Below are positions 1 through 7,033 of a stretch of 62,680 nt of DNA, piece after piece. Position numbers and translations under genes: made by a program. Under the pieces are notes generated by a model. It worked only from the letters and a program-made list of their open reading frames with translations, searched no databases and was not told the origin of the DNA. Numbering within the stretch: position 1 is the stretch's first letter; every line of letters begins with the position of its first letter. The stretch spans positions 1 through 62,680 of IMG/VR virus record IMGVR_UViG_3300050019_000092; one strand, 5' to 3'. Source of the stretch: a virus.

Positions 1-127
1 TTTCATCCGCGATAAACTCAGCATGATTTGGGGTGATCGGCCAGCTTGGGAGGTGTTCAGCGAAACGCAATGTTTTGTGCAGTCAGCAATTCGGGACGAC
101 TTTGAGCAAGAGCCACGCACCCTCGAT
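1..127. repeat. Terminal overlap; bases 1-127 are identical to 62554-62680 (circular contig closure)
   Basis: Read directly. Both copies run from tttcatccgcgataaactc to gccacgcaccctcgat and lie inside one continuous helicase ORF. Confidence 0.95.
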
Positions 128-559
128 TGGATTTTAAGAAAGGCTATTGTCGCGGTCGAAAAGGATGGGGTCAGTCTTTTGCTGATAGATCCTTGGAATG
201 AGATTGAGCGGGCAAAGCCAAGAGATATGATGATGACCGATTACATCGGGCTATGCCTGCAATGGATCAAAGGGTTTTGCCGAAACTATTCTGTGACGGT
301 TATTTTGGTCGCGCATCCAACGAAGGCCGGTATATCGGATGGAAAAGTGCCAGCGCTTTCGGACATCGAAGGTTCGATGAACTGGTACAACAAATGCGAC
401 AATGGCTTGATTGTCGTGCGTGATGCCGAAAAATCGACGGCTCGCGTAATCAGCGCGAAGGTGCGCGAGCAGGGGGCCGGAAGGCGGGGGGTTTGCTATT
501 TCTACGTCGACGAGGACACAGGATTATTCACACCTCAAAAGGGAGCCGTATCGCTATGA
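2..559 (+). CDS. DnaB-like replicative helicase, C-terminal portion (same gene as 62288..62680, joined through the overlap)
   Basis: The frame is continuous with the 62288 ORF. RecA-type core motifs LLLIDPWNE and VILVAHPTK are present; Walker A GVAGHGKST is in the 62288 part. Confidence 0.8.
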   Translation, partial: FIRDKLSMIWGDRPAWEVFSETQCFVQSAIRDDFEQEPRTLDWILRKAIVAVEKDGVSLLLIDPWNEIERAKPRDMMMTDYIGLCLQWIKGFCRNYSVTVILVAHPTKAGISDGKVPALSDIEGSMNWYNKCDNGLIVVRDAEKSTARVISAKVREQGAGRRGVCYFYVDEDTGLFTPQKGAVSL

Positions 560-678
560 CTGAAAAACTTGATCCTAATTGGCGGCCGCTCGGGTCTGTC
601 ACGGATAAAATTGTGGCCGACCTTAAAAAGAAAATGGCCGAAAAGAAACCAGCGCCGGAAAAGAAAAAGGATTCCTGA
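556..678 (+). CDS. Hypothetical small lysine-rich protein (40 aa)
   Basis: The ATG overlaps the helicase stop (ATGA), which suggests translational coupling. Confidence 0.45.
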   Translation: MTEKLDPNWRPLGSVTDKIVADLKKKMAEKKPAPEKKKDS

Positions 679-679
679 A

Positions 680-943
680 ATGGCCGAGAGCAATATCCAA
701 CCACTCTGTGATGAGAAGCTTACCGGCGAACTTCAATCAGTCCTTCGGCAGATTGATGCAATGCGTCATCCGGAGAAGGTTGACGTGAAATATCTCACGC
801 AGGCTTATCCCTCACATCAAGCGCAGGCATCGCTCTGGCGCGCATTCCGGCACTGGGGGAAAGGCACTCTATCGGATGCCGAATTCCATCATGTCAGGGC
901 ACGGTGCGAAGAAGCGCTGGCGACTCCACCGGAAGCTGGTTAA
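680..943 (+). CDS. Hypothetical protein (87 aa)
   Basis: Internal ATG of ORF 569..943, directly after the preceding stop. Composition looks coding. Confidence 0.55.
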   Translation: MAESNIQPLCDEKLTGELQSVLRQIDAMRHPEKVDVKYLTQAYPSHQAQASLWRAFRHWGKGTLSDAEFHHVRARCEEALATPPEAG

Positions 944-984
944 TACGAGTTGGTCGACGGTTTGGTGGTTCTCACTGTCGGCCC

Positions 985-1032
985 GGCACCGAGGCCCGAA
1001 TGTCTGCCCCCCAGCCCCCGGGCCTCGGTGCC
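985..1032. repeat. Perfect 14-bp inverted repeat (GGCACCGAGGCCCG / CGGGCCTCGGTGCC) with a 20-nt loop
   Basis: Read directly in the 120-nt gap between the 680..943 and 1063..1257 genes. There is no clear U-tract after it. Confidence 0.85.
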
Positions 1033-1062
1033 ATCCCATAAAATGCTGCAGGAAACCGCGAC

Positions 1063-1257
1063 ATGACCGACACGATGGTTAAGTATCGGGCGCTCGCCGG
1101 CGATCTCTGCGATGCCGTGCTGCTCGAAGATAGCGATGGGAGTGCCATCATCGACGTCACATTCCCGCAGAGTTCGGAGCGGCTGCGGCTGTCGCGGATC
1201 CCACTGTTGCCGGCCGATGATGGGCGTCGGGGTATTTGCTTTCGAGAAGCGGCATGA
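1063..1257 (+). CDS. Hypothetical protein (64 aa)
   Basis: ORF track entry. Its stop overlaps the next start (ATGA). Confidence 0.5.
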   Translation: MTDTMVKYRALAGDLCDAVLLEDSDGSAIIDVTFPQSSERLRLSRIPLLPADDGRRGICFREAA

Positions 1258-2690
1258 AAAAGCCCAAGATCACCCTTGCGGCGCCGACAATCGAGATGCG
1301 GACCATCTCTCAATTGCGCGCCCATCCGAAAAACCCGAATGTGCATTCTGCCTCTCAAATCGAAGGTCTAGCCAAATCCTATGCTGAGTTCGGTGCCACC
1401 AGCGTGCTGGTGATCGACGAAAACGATACCATTCTGGCTGGGCATGGCCGTGTGCAATCGGCTGCGCATGCTGGCTTGACCGATCTGCAGGCCATCGTGG
1501 TGCGCGGGTGGTCGGAAAAGAAAAAGCTGGCTTTTGTAATCGCGGACAATAGTCACGCCCGTCTTTCCGAATTCGACGATGGCCTGCTGCGCGAAGCTCT
1601 GCTCGCGGTGCAAGGCGGCGATATCAGCTACGAGGCGATGGGCTTCGATCCGGCCGCGCTCGCTGCAGCGCTGGCGAAGGGTAACGCTGGGCTCGCGGAT
1701 CCCGACGATGCTCCGCCGGCGCGCGAGAAGCCCGGTGTGCGGCTCGGGGATGTATGGTTGCTCGGCAAGCACCGGTTAATGGTAGCAGATTCATCAGATG
1801 CTGAAAATTGCAAATCATTGATCGGTTCTAATGAGATATCGATGATTGTTACTTCGCCGCCTTATAATCAGTCATTAGACAAATTCAGACCATCCGGAAT
1901 GCACAAAGAAGGAAACTGGGTGAGTAAAGTTGAGCGGTTAGCATACCCAGATTCTATGCCAGAACCGGAATATCAAAAATGGCAAAGTCGTTTGCTTCAA
2001 CAATGGCATTCTTTGCTTCGGGATGGCGGGTCAATTTTTTATAATCATAAAAACAGATACCGAGAAAAACGGATGATATCCCCTCTCTCTTGGCTTCCTG
2101 GGAATTTTGCAATACGCCAAGAAATTGTTTGGCGTCGGCATGGTTCCGTCACACAGAATGCCAGAATGTTTTTACCCTGCGATGAACGAATTTATTGGCT
2201 CTATAAGGGGAACGATTTTGTATTTAATGCGTCCACAGAAATTAAAACATGGTCATCTGTATGGGAGATAGCGGATGCATCAAATCTTACCCATGCCGCT
2301 GCGTTTCCTGCTGAGATCCCGCGAAGATGCATTTTGGCATGTTCAAAAGATGGGGAAACTATTTTTGATCCATTCTGCGGATCTGGAACTACTATAATAG
2401 CTTGCGAAATGGAGGGTCGGCACTGCTTGGCGATTGATCTCGACCCTGCATATTGCCAAGTCGCGATCGAGCGTTGGCAGGCTTTCGCCGGCGGTATCGC
2501 CACTCTGGAGGGCTCCGGCCAAACGCTCGAGCAGGTAACCCGCGCGCGCCGCACTGGTCGCGCCAAAGGAGAGAACCATGAATCTGCCAAGCCAAAGCCT
2601 GCACCGGTTCGCCAAGTTCGACGTCGCCATGGATTACGTGCTGCTCGGTTGGCTGCCCCTGCCGACGCTGGCGGGGACGCACCACGGTAA
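1254..2690 (+). CDS. ParB-like nuclease domain fused to a beta-class amino DNA methyltransferase (SPPY type, N4-C or N6-A)
   Basis: The N-terminal part has a ParB-like stretch (ISQLRAHPKNPN...LAGHGR). It is followed by motif IV IVTSPPYN and then motif I DPFCGSGTT. The start was chosen at the ATGA overlap. Confidence 0.85.
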   Translation: MKKPKITLAAPTIEMRTISQLRAHPKNPNVHSASQIEGLAKSYAEFGATSVLVIDENDTILAGHGRVQSAAHAGLTDLQAIVVRGWSEKKKLAFVIADNSHARLSEFDDGLLREALLAVQGGDISYEAMGFDPAALAAALAKGNAGLADPDDAPPAREKPGVRLGDVWLLGKHRLMVADSSDAENCKSLIGSNEISMIVTSPPYNQSLDKFRPSGMHKEGNWVSKVERLAYPDSMPEPEYQKWQSRLLQQWHSLLRDGGSIFYNHKNRYREKRMISPLSWLPGNFAIRQEIVWRRHGSVTQNARMFLPCDERIYWLYKGNDFVFNASTEIKTWSSVWEIADASNLTHAAAFPAEIPRRCILACSKDGETIFDPFCGSGTTIIACEMEGRHCLAIDLDPAYCQVAIERWQAFAGGIATLEGSGQTLEQVTRARRTGRAKGENHESAKPKPAPVRQVRRRHGLRAARLAAPADAGGDAPR

Positions 2691-2757
2691 TTGGTCCGTG
2701 CACGTTGCCTGGATTTGCGGGTGTCGGGCGCCTATTCCGGGGAGCTCTGGCCTTTAG
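2578..2757 (+). CDS. Hypothetical 59-aa protein overlapping the methylase 3' tail in another frame
   Basis: There is a strong SD (AAAGGAGAGAACC) before the ATG. It falls just under the ORF-track length cut-off. Translation begins MNLPSQSLHRFAKFDVAMDYVLLGWLPLP. Confidence 0.35.
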   Translation: MNLPSQSLHRFAKFDVAMDYVLLGWLPLPTLAGTHHGNWSVHVAWICGCRAPIPGSSGL

Positions 2758-2917
2758 CGGCGCGCCGTGGTGGCTTTCTAGGCTTTTTGGCTGGGATAGC
2801 CTCAATCTTCGATTTCAATGCCTCAGCGGTCGCCCGCTTTGATTTGTGAGTCTGCTGGTAATGTGCTTCCCGCTGGGCACGGAGGGCTAGTTCGCGGGGT
2901 CCGATTTGCTGGGCCAT
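2732..2917 (-). CDS. Hypothetical basic protein (61 aa), last gene of the leftward operon
   Basis: ORF track entry with a lysine/arginine-rich C-terminus. Confidence 0.5.
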   Translation of the reverse strand: MAQQIGPRELALRAQREAHYQQTHKSKRATAEALKSKIEAIPAKKPRKPPRRAAKGQSSPE

Positions 2918-2932
2918 TATCGCACCGGGTGG

Positions 2933-3043
2933 TCAAAAGACATTGATTGCGCCGATCCATAAAGCTGCGAACAGTAGGACGGTGCCAGCGAATAAGCACA
3001 AGGCGGCAAGCTCGGCCGTCGTCTCGATGATTTCATATAGCAT
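2933..3043 (-). CDS. Hypothetical single-pass membrane peptide (36 aa)
   Basis: Hand translation is MLYEIIETTAELAALCLFAGTVLLFAALWIGAINVF. An AGGA lies upstream. Confidence 0.35.
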   Translation of the reverse strand: MLYEIIETTAELAALCLFAGTVLLFAALWIGAINVF

Positions 3044-3052
3044 GGTGGTATC

Positions 3053-3271
3053 CTATAGATTGCCGTATCGGCGTCCGAAGCGGGCCCATGTACCACCCGC
3101 CTCTCGAATCTTGAGAATCTCATCGTCGAATCCCTGCATACATACCCGCAGTTCGTCGACGTTGTAAAAGTCGCGGATGAAGATGGCGCGGACTTTGCCG
3201 CGCCGCGTATCGCTGCTGCGCGCCAATCGGGCTCCGGCCTTGTAGCAGTGGATGCGACGTTCGGTTTTCAT
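3053..3271 (-). CDS. Hypothetical protein (72 aa)
   Basis: ORF track entry. The start overlaps the upstream gene's stop. Confidence 0.55.
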   Translation of the reverse strand: MKTERRIHCYKAGARLARSSDTRRGKVRAIFIRDFYNVDELRVCMQGFDDEILKIREAGGTWARFGRRYGNL

Positions 3272-3465
3272 GGCTTTCCCTTATGCGATGCGTTCAATGA
3301 TATTATTGCCAGCCACGCGCGAATATCTTCGATTGTCGCGATGGCATCCTCGACTGCCTTAATGTCGCGGTCCCATATGGCCATGCCGACGCGCTGTTTT
3401 TTAGCTGACTTCATCGTTGCCAAAAGAGCTTGCAGATTGAGGGGGGCTTTTACGGTGATGCTCAC
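3268..3465 (-). CDS. Hypothetical protein (65 aa, GTG start)
   Basis: GAGG lies 5 nt before an in-frame GTG. The N-terminal extension of ORF 3268..3654 is Arg/Pro-rich and looks non-coding. Confidence 0.45.
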   Translation of the reverse strand: MSITVKAPLNLQALLATMKSAKKQRVGMAIWDRDIKAVEDAIATIEDIRAWLAIISLNASHKGKP

Positions 3466-3473
3466 AATCGGCC

Positions 3474-3761
3474 TCAATCGTTGGTGTGGAGTGAGAAATC
3501 GGTGGGGTAGTGGCCCTCGACCATCTGATCGTTGCGGTCGACTAGGATATAGGCCGCATCGTGCAGCCACTCGGCCAGCATCTGCAGGCGTCGTCCGGTC
3601 GATGCGCGCATCCACTCGCGTGGGGTTGGCGTGTCGATCTTGATGGTGTCGCAATCCTCGACGCCAAGGGCGCGCTGCAGCATTCGGCAGGCGGCTTCTG
3701 GCTCGGCAAGGATGGCGGCGGTGTAGATTCGGTTGTCGGTGGAAATTGGGGTGTTGGTCAT
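3474..3761 (-). CDS. Hypothetical protein (95 aa; an alternative 162-aa form starts at 3962)
   Basis: A GGAGATAAGACC SD precedes the ATG at 3761. The region upstream is AT-rich and carries the conserved 13-nt element. Confidence 0.55.
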   Translation of the reverse strand: MTNTPISTDNRIYTAAILAEPEAACRMLQRALGVEDCDTIKIDTPTPREWMRASTGRRLQMLAEWLHDAAYILVDRNDQMVEGHYPTDFSLHTND

Positions 3762-3776
3762 GGTCTTATCTCCTGA

Positions 3777-3789
3777 CGGGTTTTCCCGC
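3777..3789. promoter_or_regulatory. Copy 1 of the conserved 13-nt element CGGGTTTTCCCGC
   Basis: Exact 13-mer shared with 6029..6041 and 59439..59451, in the same orientation. Confidence 0.6.
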
Positions 3790-4023
3790 CCGCTCACCAT
3801 GCGCTTATCAGGATTACTGTCAAGCGATATTTGCATCTTTTTTAATGCGTTAAATACCCTTGCAAAATGGGCACAACTTGCACAGCCTCCAATGCGGTCT
3901 ATGGCGTGTTCTCGGCAAATGAAGCCGCACAAGCGACACCCACACGGCAATTCTCGATTCATGGCGGTTCTCCTTTGTGGATCGCCACCATGCGCTGGAT
4001 TCGTTAATTAAATGTTGCCAATT

Positions 4024-5625
4024 TCATGGTCGGCATCGCCCATGAACCAGCGCTATCCTTTCCCCAAGCCATCTCATGACCGGAACGGCCATGCTGTTGC
4101 CGAGCGCCTTGTAACGCGGGCCATCGGCGGCGGGTTTGCCGCGAAACGGAACCAGCGTATAATCGTCGGGGAAGCCTTGCAGGCGCTCGCATTCGCGGGG
4201 GGTGAGGCGGCGGACTGCGGAGCCGTTAAAGGCGACCGTGGTGGAACTGTTTTCGATGCTACCCGGCGGCTTTGTGCGGATGCTGCCAGCAAGTTCCGTT
4301 TGCGTAGCCGTACTTACCGTCTTATCCGCGCCGTGCAGCGTGAAGGCCATTGGTGCGCTACCGCTCGCCCTATCGGCATTACTCCCAAAGGTCCCGCTTA
4401 CATCGCCAATATCGACATTCGAGCCGCGCGTCTGGAAGGCCAGCACATGCGGCTTATCCCCGCCGCCCTGGGAGGCTCGTAGGGCGGTCGCCTGTTCTCC
4501 CCCTATCTCAGCCGTCGCGCCGCCTTCCCTGCCTCTCAGGGCCACGGTTACGGCTGGCGGCACGCCTGCATTAGCGTGCGACTTGCTGTGCGTTCCGGCG
4601 CGCAATGTTGGGGCCAAATTGTCCATCGCATCCGCCCCGTGATCCTTGCTGCTGAAAGCGATATAGGTCTGTTGCTTCATTCCCGGTTCTGCGGCCAAAG
4701 CCCCGGCTACCGGCATCTCGCGCAACTCGTCTCGCTGGTTCTGTGCGAAGGCAATTATCGGCGTTCCTCTCCCAGTGCCGTCCTCAGAGGCGTCAAAGCC
4801 ACCTCCCGTGAGCGCGTGGGATATGAGCGTTTCCGTCTCGTAATCTTGGCGGCCCATGCCCCCCCCGTTGAGGCAATGCGAAATGTCGCCGGTCGAAGGA
4901 GTGGCAATGATATACCCTTGGCTGCCAGCATCCCGGCCGCGTTCGCCAGCCTTTGTTGTCATGGAATTAGCAATCATTATTCCGCCGTCGAGATCGAAGT
5001 CGGTGCCCATTCCGCCGCCGCCTGTAGGGCGGCTGCTAATTGTGGGGGCAATTCCTTCCCCCGTTTCCCGGCGCGGCGTAGGATGCCCTTGCAGGCTGTG
5101 GCGCTCAAAAAGTACCGCTGCGGCACGTCGCCAGTCTCCAAGATGTCCGATAACGAACACGCGACGGCGGCGCTGTGGAACTCCAAAGTATTGAGCGTCA
5201 AGGGTTCGATAGGCCCACCCATACCCGAGTTCGCCCAAGCCCCCGAGGAAGGCACCAAAGTCCCTTCCTTCGTTGCTCGACAGGACGCCGGGGACGTTCT
5301 CCCAAACCAGCCACTCGGGCCGCAGTCGGCAAGCAAGCGTAAGGAATTGAAGGGTGAGGTTGCCACGGTCGCCAGCCATTCCCGCTCTGAGTCCGGCGAC
5401 GCTGAAATCTTGGCATGGGGTTCCGCCCACGAGAATGTCGATTGGGTCATATTCGCCCTCTTTGATCGTGGTGAAATCGCCGTGCAACGGCGCATCGCGC
5501 CAATGATGTTTGAGAACGGCGCACGGGAACGCTTCAATTTCGGACAGAAAGCTAGGCCGCCAGCCCAAGCCGTGCCATGCGACGCTGGCCGCCTCGATCC
5601 CGCTGCAAACGCTCCCATATCGCAT
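4024..5625 (-). CDS. DNA (cytosine-5)-methyltransferase with an unusually long variable (target-recognition) region
   Basis: All the classic motifs are present: I (VCSGIE), IV (GGTPCQDFSVAG), VI (ENVPG), VIII (QRRRRVFVIG), IX (RRLTPRECERLQGFPDDY) and X (GNSMAVPV). Confidence 0.92.
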   Translation of the reverse strand: MRYGSVCSGIEAASVAWHGLGWRPSFLSEIEAFPCAVLKHHWRDAPLHGDFTTIKEGEYDPIDILVGGTPCQDFSVAGLRAGMAGDRGNLTLQFLTLACRLRPEWLVWENVPGVLSSNEGRDFGAFLGGLGELGYGWAYRTLDAQYFGVPQRRRRVFVIGHLGDWRRAAAVLFERHSLQGHPTPRRETGEGIAPTISSRPTGGGGMGTDFDLDGGIMIANSMTTKAGERGRDAGSQGYIIATPSTGDISHCLNGGGMGRQDYETETLISHALTGGGFDASEDGTGRGTPIIAFAQNQRDELREMPVAGALAAEPGMKQQTYIAFSSKDHGADAMDNLAPTLRAGTHSKSHANAGVPPAVTVALRGREGGATAEIGGEQATALRASQGGGDKPHVLAFQTRGSNVDIGDVSGTFGSNADRASGSAPMAFTLHGADKTVSTATQTELAGSIRTKPPGSIENSSTTVAFNGSAVRRLTPRECERLQGFPDDYTLVPFRGKPAADGPRYKALGNSMAVPVMRWLGERIALVHGRCRP

Positions 5626-5629
5626 CGGA

Positions 5630-5992
5630 TTAAATAAGCCTTTCCGCTTGCCATTGTCGAGCTATTGCCAGCTCCTGCTCGATCCGGCTGACGATGGATG
5701 GCGATTCGACAATCTTGCGGAATTGGCTTGCGGTGAGGCTATCGGCGTCATGGCCCAAAACAATGCAGACCACCTCTCGGCCTAGTTCTGTCAGGACGGT
5801 GGCCTTGGGGAATCCGGTGTGATGGGAGGCTGGCGCCCAATCGTATCGGATCAATTCTCGGGCTAGAAGCGACTGCCTGGTGTTCTCCTCCGGGCCCCGG
5901 ATAATCGGCCTCGGCCCGTTCGCGTGTTCTATTAAAAAGCGGCGGGGCGATACTTTCAAATCGGACGCTATTCGGTAGGCTACTGGGCTCAT
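5630..5992 (-). CDS. Hypothetical protein (120 aa), first gene of the leftward methylase operon
   Basis: ORF track entry. A GGGAGA SD lies upstream, and the gene ends 4 nt before the methylase start. Confidence 0.6.
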   Translation of the reverse strand: MSPVAYRIASDLKVSPRRFLIEHANGPRPIIRGPEENTRQSLLARELIRYDWAPASHHTGFPKATVLTELGREVVCIVLGHDADSLTASQFRKIVESPSIVSRIEQELAIARQWQAERLI

Positions 5993-6028
5993 AGTTCATC
6001 TCCCTGTTTATCGGCTCCTGTGGAGTGT

Positions 6029-6041
6029 CGGGTTTTCCCGC
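6029..6041. promoter_or_regulatory. Copy 2 of the conserved 13-nt element CGGGTTTTCCCGC
   Basis: Exact 13-mer in the divergent gap between 5992(-) and 6079(+). Confidence 0.6.
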
Positions 6042-6078
6042 TTCCAAGTCAAATCGGCCTATGCTATGGAGTCGGCCC

Positions 6079-6288
6079 ATGACCGATAAAGCCAGATGGT
6101 TCAATCAAACCGGGGTCTGCCGCTGTGGCCGTATAGCCGTCGGTATCCTAATGGACGATTTCAACTCTCCCATCGGCCCAGCCTGCAAAGCCTGTGCGAA
6201 TAAACGCATTGAGGCAGAGCGTCAGAAACGGGAGATAAATCAGGGGCTTTTGGCTCTGCATGCGTCATTAAAGGCGAATGGGCTATGA
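6079..6288 (+). CDS. Hypothetical zinc-ribbon-like protein (69 aa)
   Basis: Contains CRCG...CKAC cysteine pairs. This is an internal ATG of ORF 6025..6288. Confidence 0.55.
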   Translation: MTDKARWFNQTGVCRCGRIAVGILMDDFNSPIGPACKACANKRIEAERQKREINQGLLALHASLKANGL

Positions 6289-6464
6289 CCGCGCCCGACC
6301 CTGAGAACCGGCTGAAACGGGCCAATCTAGGCCAGCGCTTTGCTCGTGATTTCGTGCGGGCCGAGGAATTGACCAAGTCGCAGATGTACGAAATGCTGGC
6401 CGATGCCGCGCGGCGGACGGCCAAGTTGCCCAAGAAACCTAGGGAGCGCCGCGATGGATTTTGA
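6285..6464 (+). CDS. Hypothetical protein (59 aa)
   Basis: ATGA overlap with the upstream stop. It is below the ORF-track cut-off and was translated by hand. Confidence 0.45.
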   Translation: MTAPDPENRLKRANLGQRFARDFVRAEELTKSQMYEMLADAARRTAKLPKKPRERRDGF

Positions 6465-6549
6465 TCTAGCATTGGCAATCTTCGCGCTCGTGGTGTCGCT
6501 CGCCTCGCTAGGAACTTCGATCTACGTGGCCCTTATCCTAAACAAATAG
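6454..6549 (+). CDS. Hypothetical membrane peptide (31 aa)
   Basis: Hand translation is MDFDLALAIFALVVSLASLGTSIYVALILNK. Confidence 0.25.
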   Translation: MDFDLALAIFALVVSLASLGTSIYVALILNK

Positions 6550-6558
6550 GAGCGCCCG

Positions 6559-6726
6559 ATGGTGCCGACTTCTTACCCTCCAGTCCTTGATCGCATCCAT
6601 GAGCGGATTATTGAGCGCCTCAGCTTCTCTAATTCTCTTTCTATTGAAGATGTGAATTGGAACACATACGGGCGACTTGTTCTTGCGCTTGAGGCAGTCG
6701 AGAAGATGCGAGGTCGCCATGTCTAG
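6559..6726 (+). CDS. Hypothetical protein (55 aa)
   Basis: A TAGGAGCGCCCG SD precedes the ATG. Translated by hand. Confidence 0.45.
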   Translation: MVPTSYPPVLDRIHERIIERLSFSNSLSIEDVNWNTYGRLVLALEAVEKMRGRHV

Positions 6727-7033
6727 TCGTATCCCGGTTTCTGATTATCGTGGGTTGCGTGCAATGCAGGCGACTTCGATGATCATGCACATCATTGATC
6801 GATATATTGCTGATGAGTGCCGAAATCGGGCTTTCCGTGCCCTTGAAGAGGCATTTATAGAGGCTGGGATTGAGGTGTTGACGGATGAGCATCGTCGCAA
6901 ACTTCATTTGCCTCCGCGAGATTCACTTGGATGGACAGAAGAAGAATTAAAAGCGTGGGATGCCCTCCGCCTTTCCTGCCTTCAACCCATGCCATTTTAT
7001 TCTCCAAAGATAGAGGATGGCTCCCATGTCTGA
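6719..7033 (+). CDS. Hypothetical protein (104 aa)
   Basis: Internal ATG of ORF 6677..7033, overlapping the upstream stop. Confidence 0.55.
   Translation: MSSRIPVSDYRGLRAMQATSMIMHIIDRYIADECRNRAFRALEEAFIEAGIEVLTDEHRRKLHLPPRDSLGWTEEELKAWDALRLSCLQPMPFYSPKIEDGSHV

Noticed and set aside
1-127. Terminal 127-bp direct repeat as the biological DTR of the virion chromosome
   Set aside because: It lies in the middle of the helicase reading frame, and its length equals a commonly used maximal assembly k-mer. Circular-contig overlap is the simpler explanation. This cannot be settled without reads.
3474-3962. The full 162-aa ORF as one protein with a Cys-rich N-terminus (MNRELPCGCRLCGFIC...)
   Set aside because: The stretch from 3762 to about 3850 is AT-rich, contains the conserved 13-nt element, and is followed by a strong SD plus ATG at 3761. 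I therefore annotate the short form. The ATG at 3962 also has a good AAGGAGA site, so the long form is not excluded.
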